The notes under the pieces are model-generated. The model had not been told where the DNA came from. It made no database searches and saw nothing but the letters and a program-made list of their open reading frames with translations. A stretch of 45,413 bases of DNA from a virus: the IMG/VR virus record IMGVR_UViG_3300008255_000025. One strand, 5' to 3'. Position 1 is the first letter of the stretch. Every line of letters starts with the position of its first letter. The position numbers were made by a program, and so were the translations under genes. This document shows positions 40,338 to 45,413 of this stretch, one piece after another.

Positions 40338-41648
40338 ATGGCTAATGTAACAGTCGACCAAGCAAAACTGGTCATGAATGCCTTCGCGGCAACCTTTCAG
40401 AATAGCCTCGTCTCCAAAGACGTTGTTAGCTGGAAACAATACGACACTGAAATGAATGATCGCAACGGCCTAACCGTCGTTGAACAGATCGGCCCTCGCT
40501 ACGACATCACCGAGACTACTGACGGTGTTGCCGATCTGAGCTCGGGTGTTCAGGACAGTGTCTTCGGTTCCGAACAGTTCAAGGTTAACAAGACCTTTGG
40601 CTCTTCGATGGGCTGGGGCGATTTCGTCAAGATTCGGGACATCGGTGATGCTCGTGAGTCTACCGCAATCGCAAACGCTGCTACCAACCTTGCAGAGAAG
40701 ATTGACGCTTACGTGATGGAAGTCGCGGTCAATGCCTCTAATAACTGGGTCGGTACGATTGGTAATGATGTCTCCAACCTCGGCGATATTGCTACCGCCT
40801 ATACTCGATTGAAAGAAGAAGGTGTTGATGACGCCGATCTGCGGGCCGTACTGACCTATGCTGATCGTCAGGCACTCTCGGAAACGATTGTAGCGTATCC
40901 TGCAACTGATAGTCTCTCGACTTCCAACTTCCGCAAGGGTTTTGAAGGTGAGGTTAACGGCATTCCGACGCTGTTCACCCAACAGCTTCCGACGCTGACG
41001 GTTGGTACTCGGGCTGCTTCTGGTGCTGCTGCTATGAACGGCGGTACTCAGAATGTGGATTATAAGGACGTAGCAGTTTCGTCTGCTCCCGGTCGTTATA
41101 TGTCGCAGACTATCTCCATTAATGGTTTGACTGGTTCTCAGACTATTAAGGCGGGCGAAGTCTTTACCATCGCTGGTGTAAACGCCTATGATAATCGCCT
41201 CGGCGCTTCTCTTGGTCGTCTGCAACAGTTTACGGTAATTGAAGATGCTACTGCTACTACGGGAGCAGTTGCAGCTCTCCGTATCTTCCCTGCTCTCATC
41301 GTTCCGGGCTCTGGTTCGGGTGGTGATGTTGCGGTTAACACGGCTCACGCTACTGTTGACGCGGCTCCGGGTGCTACGGCTGCAATTACCTTCCTTGGTA
41401 CTGCGTCTACTGCCTACAAACCTCGTGCGATCTTGCAGAAGCAGGCGATTGTGGTTAACACCGCTCCGCTAATTATGCCCGCATCTGGTACGGCAATGTC
41501 TAAGGCCCTTACTAAGGTTCCTCTGACTGTCCGTATGTGGCAGGACTCCAACTTCGGTACTGGCGCACATAGCGTTCGATTCGATGTTGCTCTTACGGCT
41601 AACGTCCGTGAGCGTCGCAGGATCGTTCGTCTTAACGGCGGTCCCTAA
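40338..41648 (+). CDS. Major capsid protein
   Basis: 436-aa ORF after the scaffold, with a strong RBS, followed by a strong terminator. Composition is capsid-like (A/T/G/V-rich). Confidence 0.8.
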   Translation: MANVTVDQAKLVMNAFAATFQNSLVSKDVVSWKQYDTEMNDRNGLTVVEQIGPRYDITETTDGVADLSSGVQDSVFGSEQFKVNKTFGSSMGWGDFVKIRDIGDARESTAIANAATNLAEKIDAYVMEVAVNASNNWVGTIGNDVSNLGDIATAYTRLKEEGVDDADLRAVLTYADRQALSETIVAYPATDSLSTSNFRKGFEGEVNGIPTLFTQQLPTLTVGTRAASGAAAMNGGTQNVDYKDVAVSSAPGRYMSQTISINGLTGSQTIKAGEVFTIAGVNAYDNRLGASLGRLQQFTVIEDATATTGAVAALRIFPALIVPGSGSGGDVAVNTAHATVDAAPGATAAITFLGTASTAYKPRAILQKQAIVVNTAPLIMPASGTAMSKALTKVPLTVRMWQDSNFGTGAHSVRFDVALTANVRERRRIVRLNGGP

Positions 41649-41656
41649 ACACTAAA

Positions 41657-41695
41657 GGGGGAGGGGCTTTAGGGTCCCTCCTCTATTTTTCTTTT
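41657..41695 (+). terminator. Rho-independent terminator after the major capsid gene
   Basis: GGGGGAGGGGCTttagGGTCCCTCCTC stem (6 Watson-Crick pairs plus G-U and G-C extensions) followed by TATTTTTCTTTT. Confidence 0.8.
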
Positions 41696-41712
41696 GTGTA
41701 AGAAAGCGAATT

Positions 41713-42486
41713 ATGACATTAGTTGCTCAAATTATTAAAGACGCTTTCCGCGAAAGCAACCTTATTTCTATAGGTGAAACCCCTTCTGCCAATGAGCAAG
41801 AAGAGGCTTTGCGTATTCTACAACGATTCATTCGCTCTTTGCTTGGTAACAGTATGGGCGACCCTCTTACGTCGTACCCTATTGGCCGTACAAATGTAAT
41901 TACTCCTTCAGGGTTCCCTATCTATTCCTCCCCTCCGGGCGGCGATTGGTTTATCCCTGATAATACTCGCCTAGTTGCTAACCTCTCTAGCGCTGTCTCT
42001 ATCCCTCTGCACCCTCTCCCAGAGGACGGAGCAAGAATGGCGGTTATTGATACAGCAAACAACATAGATACTTATAACATCACTCTCCAAGGCAACGGCA
42101 GAACTATTGAAGGTGCAACGTCTCTGACTCTTGATACCGTTGGATTATCTGCTGAATGGTTCTACAGAGCAGACCTAGGAGATTGGAAAAGAGTTTCTGA
42201 TCTAGTTCTACTTGATGAACTTCCTTTCCCAGAAGAATTTGATGATGTATTCATCGTCTTTCTGGCGATGCGAATTAACCCTCGCAACACAATTCCTTTG
42301 AACTCCCAAAGCGGAATGGCCTACGCCAAGAGCTTGAAAGAGTTCAAAGCTCGCTACTCTCAACGGAAGACGATACGATCAGAAATTGGTCTTACCCGTC
42401 TCTCAAGCAATGGTCGGTATATTAACAACTACTCTGACTACTGGGTAGACTCGACTAGTGAATTTAACAGGGGTTACGTATGGTAA
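41713..42486 (+). CDS. Virion structural protein (head-tail adaptor/tail tubular A-like by position)
   Basis: 257-aa ORF in the structural module. Function is inferred from position only. Confidence 0.55.
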   Translation: MTLVAQIIKDAFRESNLISIGETPSANEQEEALRILQRFIRSLLGNSMGDPLTSYPIGRTNVITPSGFPIYSSPPGGDWFIPDNTRLVANLSSAVSIPLHPLPEDGARMAVIDTANNIDTYNITLQGNGRTIEGATSLTLDTVGLSAEWFYRADLGDWKRVSDLVLLDELPFPEEFDDVFIVFLAMRINPRNTIPLNSQSGMAYAKSLKEFKARYSQRKTIRSEIGLTRLSSNGRYINNYSDYWVDSTSEFNRGYVW

Positions 42487-43856
42487 GCATCCCCCTCGGA
42501 CTGGGTGATTGGGAGTCTTCAAGTCAAGACATCCCTCGGCTTAAAATGAATAACATGTACGTAACAGGAAACCCTTCGTCTCCTGATGAAGTTTCTCGCG
42601 TTAGTCGTCCTGCCCTTGAGTTCTTTAAAACAGTTGGTACAGGACCCATCAAAGGATTTTGGAGGCAGTACACTACTCTAAATGGCGACTGGCTTGTTGT
42701 TTCAGGTACAGAACTATACCGAGTGAATGATACTACCTACGTCGCTACTAAACTAGGAGATGTTCCGGGTTCTGGTAATTGTGAATTTGCAGGAACTCCT
42801 ACTCTTGTTGTCTTCGTAAGGGACGGTATTGTTTACCTTATTGATGGGGGTGTTCTTAGCACAATAACGACTCCTGACGACGACTTAATTGAGAGTGTAG
42901 CTACGATAAATAGTTATTTTCTTCTGACTGTCAAAGACCAGCAGAAGTTCTTCTGGATGGACCCCGGCGAGATTACTATTGATGCGTTGAACTTTGCATC
43001 AGCAGAACGTATTCCCGACCCTATTCAATCAGTTAAGGTTATCTCAGATGAAGTTTGGTTCCTCGGTAAAAGCGGCCCTGAAGTCTGGACACCTACCGGA
43101 GATGCTGACGCACCTTTTCAACGTGTCTCAGGACGAGTTTATAACGAAGGCTGCTTCGCCAGATCAACTGCTGTAAGTACGACTATTGACGGCATTCCTT
43201 CTCTTCTATGGGTAACAGATACTAAAGCCGTTGTCTTCTCACAAGGAGCCCCCAAGAAGATCAGTAACGAGTCTGTTGAAGAACTTCTTAAGACTACTGA
43301 TGATTTAGTGGGTTGGACTTTTCGGCACAGCCGACATGATTTCTACGTACTCACCTCCCCTTTATTCTCTCTCGTGTACGATATTAATACAGGGTTTTGG
43401 ATGAAGTGGGGGAGCTACCTTAAAGAGTATTGGAGAGCAGAACTTGTTGTTCAAATTAGCTCTGATATTTATGTAGGTGATAGAGAAGACGGAACTATTT
43501 GGAAACTTGTAGAAGGTGTTTCAGATGGTGCCGATCCAATCATTAGAGAGGTCTCTGGTTTTCTCCCTAACAGTGGTCCCGCTATTCGATGCGGAGTTGT
43601 AGAAGCTTTTGTAAACAGTGGGTGGTCCCCTAGTTATGACTTAAACCCCTCTCTAGAGCTTAGATGGTCTGAAGATTTAGGAGCTACATGGAGCGATTAT
43701 ATTACTGCGTCTTTAGGGGAAAGAGGGAATTTTACAAGAACCGTCACTTTCCGCTCTCTAGGTCTTATAAGAAATCCCGGAAGAGTGTTTGAGTTTAGGA
43801 TATCTGATCCTGTTAGGTTCCGTTTAGATTATGCAACAGTAAACGAGAGAAATTAA
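42480..43856 (+). CDS. Virion structural protein (tail nozzle/stabilisation-protein-like, beta-rich)
   Basis: 458-aa ORF overlapping the upstream stop. The N-terminus resembles phage stabilisation/tail proteins (this is recollection only). Confidence 0.55.
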   Translation: MVSIPLGLGDWESSSQDIPRLKMNNMYVTGNPSSPDEVSRVSRPALEFFKTVGTGPIKGFWRQYTTLNGDWLVVSGTELYRVNDTTYVATKLGDVPGSGNCEFAGTPTLVVFVRDGIVYLIDGGVLSTITTPDDDLIESVATINSYFLLTVKDQQKFFWMDPGEITIDALNFASAERIPDPIQSVKVISDEVWFLGKSGPEVWTPTGDADAPFQRVSGRVYNEGCFARSTAVSTTIDGIPSLLWVTDTKAVVFSQGAPKKISNESVEELLKTTDDLVGWTFRHSRHDFYVLTSPLFSLVYDINTGFWMKWGSYLKEYWRAELVVQISSDIYVGDREDGTIWKLVEGVSDGADPIIREVSGFLPNSGPAIRCGVVEAFVNSGWSPSYDLNPSLELRWSEDLGATWSDYITASLGERGNFTRTVTFRSLGLIRNPGRVFEFRISDPVRFRLDYATVNERN

Positions 43857-43858
43857 TA

Positions 43859-44437
43859 ATGGCTACTAAGTTTCCTCGTCTTCCTTCTAAATGGCAAGAA
43901 CTCCCTCAGCTTTTTGAAAGATATTGGGACGAAACTCTGAACGGAATTGAAGAACTCTTTGATAAGATTTTAGCTATACCAATAATAGAAGCTGCTCTAG
44001 CCAATCTTGACGCCGCTGTTGACGCCGCTCAAGCCGCTGCTGACGGGGCTAATACCGCTGCCGATGAGTTAAAAGCTGAAACTAGTTTAACAGGTAGCTA
44101 TCCAGCTAATTTTACTGCCCCTCTTTTATCTGCTGATGATTTAGGTAATGTGACTATTGTTACGCATGACAGAGTTTACGGCAAACCATCTTTGAACCCT
44201 ACTGTAAGTGTCACAGGAGATACAATAGCAACAGGGGAAGCAGCAGGAAGCGTTCTTCGTTTTTATTATGTCGACCCTTCAAGAGCTGGTGGAGCTGTCA
44301 CTTACCTTTACACTGTTGATCCAGCAGCGCCTCCTGTACAGACCGGGGATACACATTCCGTAGGAGTTGTTGCAATTCCAGTAACCGGCACTACTGACGG
44401 AACAGATTTGAAACCTCCGGGTTACGTTTACCAATAA
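43859..44437 (+). CDS. Virion structural protein with an Ala-rich coiled coil (fibre/needle-like)
   Basis: 192-aa ORF containing AALANLDAAVDAAQAAADGANTAADELKAE, immediately upstream of the tailspike. Confidence 0.55.
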   Translation: MATKFPRLPSKWQELPQLFERYWDETLNGIEELFDKILAIPIIEAALANLDAAVDAAQAAADGANTAADELKAETSLTGSYPANFTAPLLSADDLGNVTIVTHDRVYGKPSLNPTVSVTGDTIATGEAAGSVLRFYYVDPSRAGGAVTYLYTVDPAAPPVQTGDTHSVGVVAIPVTGTTDGTDLKPPGYVYQ

Positions 44438-44450
44438 AGGATTAAACTAA

Positions 44451-45413
44451 ATGGCCGCAGCTCTTTACTACAACGCTTTTGTACCTGCTTACTCTAATAT
44501 TGGGGTTCCGATAGCAGGGGGCCGTTTGTATTTTTACTACACAGAGACGACTGATCTCGCCCCTATTTACTCAGACGCAACTCTTACTACCCCTTTGACT
44601 AACCCTGTTGTAGCTAATCTAGCGGGCAAGTATCCTGATATCTATATGGATGATACCATCCTTTATAAAATCCAACAAACAGATAGTGTTGGTGGGGCGA
44701 TTGGCGACGCAGTAGACCCATATATTCCCGGCACCGTAATGATTGGCGGAGGCTCTGTTCTCGAAGGTACTGACGGGTCTTCTCTAATTGGGCATATCGC
44801 CGCTGGGGCAGGAGCTACAGCAACAACTGTCCGAGATAAACTTCGGAAAACCGTTCATGTAACGGATTATTGGCTAGCTATCCATGCTAATTACACAGCC
44901 GCATTTGAAAATGCTTTGACTGCTCTAGCTTTAGGTGGAACTTTAGTGGTTCCTTCAAAAGCAACCTCCTACCAAGTTAACGACGAATTAACTTTACCCT
45001 CCAATATCGAGATTGTTGGGGAGGGTCGTCCCCTTATCGAGCAAATTACAAACGGCAAGAGATTATTCATCGGCTCAAATATCTCGAACGTGACGCTTCG
45101 CGGGTTTAGGGCAAAGGGCGTCGGCTCTGCAACTGTGTTCACGTCTAGTGCCAGCGACGGCCTTATCAACATTACGTCCACAACCCTTGGTGGCTCTAAT
45201 AACATTAGAATTGAGAGTGTGGAAGTTTACGAGACATACACTGGAATTGCGGCAACTCGCGTTCAGAACCTATGGATTGAAAAATGCACGATCAGGAATT
45301 TTCTGGTTTACGGCATATTGGCTTCGTCCAGTTATAATTTCTCGATTGCGCGCAACAATATTTATTCTTGTGACCAAGCGGGCGCGGCCAATGCTTACGG
45401 CATTTCAGCAACC
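44451..45413 (+). CDS. Tailspike/tail fibre, N-terminal part. The frame is open to the window end and continues at base 1 through the circular junction.
   Basis: ATG at 44451 has AAAGGA upstream. I translated it by hand with no stops: MAAALYYNAFVPAYSNIGVPIAGGRLYFYYTETTDLAPIYSD...TVHVTDYWLAIHANYTAAFENALTALALGGTLVVP (pectate-lyase-3-like start of the beta-helix). It is absent from the ORF track because there is no stop in the window. Confidence 0.85.
   Translation, partial: MAAALYYNAFVPAYSNIGVPIAGGRLYFYYTETTDLAPIYSDATLTTPLTNPVVANLAGKYPDIYMDDTILYKIQQTDSVGGAIGDAVDPYIPGTVMIGGGSVLEGTDGSSLIGHIAAGAGATATTVRDKLRKTVHVTDYWLAIHANYTAAFENALTALALGGTLVVPSKATSYQVNDELTLPSNIEIVGEGRPLIEQITNGKRLFIGSNISNVTLRGFRAKGVGSATVFTSSASDGLINITSTTLGGSNNIRIESVEVYETYTGIAATRVQNLWIEKCTIRNFLVYGILASSSYNFSIARNNIYSCDQAGAANAYGISAT
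45291..45413. repeat. Terminal direct repeat copy 2 (identical to 1-123)
   Basis: See copy 1. Confidence 0.95.

Noticed and set aside
40470-41348. 292-aa antisense ORF inside the major capsid gene. Similar nested ORFs include 6358-6951, 2033-2422, 15588-16076, 17413-17946, 22556-23050, 26025-26606, 27612-28271 and 32154-32693.
   Set aside because: Each is fully embedded, antisense or out of frame, in a gene with strong family motifs. Their composition is Arg/Ser/Leu-rich, typical of shadow frames, and they have no RBS.
45291-45413. The terminal repeat as a genuine biological direct terminal repeat (T7-like DTR)
   Set aside because: It falls in the middle of the tailspike coding sequence, and its size is typical of an assembler k-mer overlap. 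T7-like DTRs are non-coding. This can only be settled with read-termini data.

Overview
The window is a complete, circularly closed genome of a tailspike-bearing, podovirus-like dsDNA phage. Bases 1-123 are identical to 45291-45413, so the unique length is 45290 bp, and the tailspike gene runs across that junction. All family calls come from reading motifs by eye. No HMM, BLAST or folding tool was run.

Layout:
- A rightward (+) arm starts at a consensus sigma70 promoter at 34235. It carries a small HNH, TerS, TerL, portal, scaffold, major capsid, three tail/adaptor proteins and the tailspike, wraps the junction, then continues with a GNAT-like moron, an S74-chaperone fibre, two internal virion proteins and the endolysin-holin-spanin-like lysis cassette. 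It ends at a bidirectional terminator at 8184-8225.
- A leftward (-) arm runs from 32954 to 8240. It carries tiny early ORFs, a pentapeptide-repeat protein, an 8.4-kb island of peptide/amide-bond enzymes, primase-helicase, family A DNA polymerase, SSB, nucleases, an HD plus MazG-like dNTPase pair and a class II ribonucleotide reductase.
- I found no phage RNA polymerase, integrase, repressor, tRNA or CRISPR array. Three near-consensus extended -10 sigma70 promoters imply dependence on host RNAP. The GTA-type TerL N-terminus and the 3TM GTA-type holin weakly suggest an alphaproteobacterial (Rhodobacterales-like, marine) host; this is inference only.

Most unusual content:
1. 21425-29864: a tightly packed operon with two glutamine-synthetase-fold amidoligases, an ATP-grasp ligase, a class II GATase, a C26/GATase-I-like gamma-glutamyl peptidase, an AIG2/GGCT cyclotransferase, a DSBH-like protein and five orphans, two of which are paralogues sharing a GCC motif. 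As far as I know, no product or target is known for such phage islands.
2. 33009-34234: a 1.2-kb ORF-free region packed with CTAG-containing hairpins, short direct repeats and a G9...G5-C-G4-AA-G6 tract, just upstream of the HNH and terminase genes.
3. 32636-33008: a 27-bp inverted repeat that precisely brackets a single early cistron.
4. 30956-31735: a pentapeptide-repeat protein built from 29 almost invariant units.
5. A 22-nt block shared by two promoters, with its core 10-mer present a third time in another leader.
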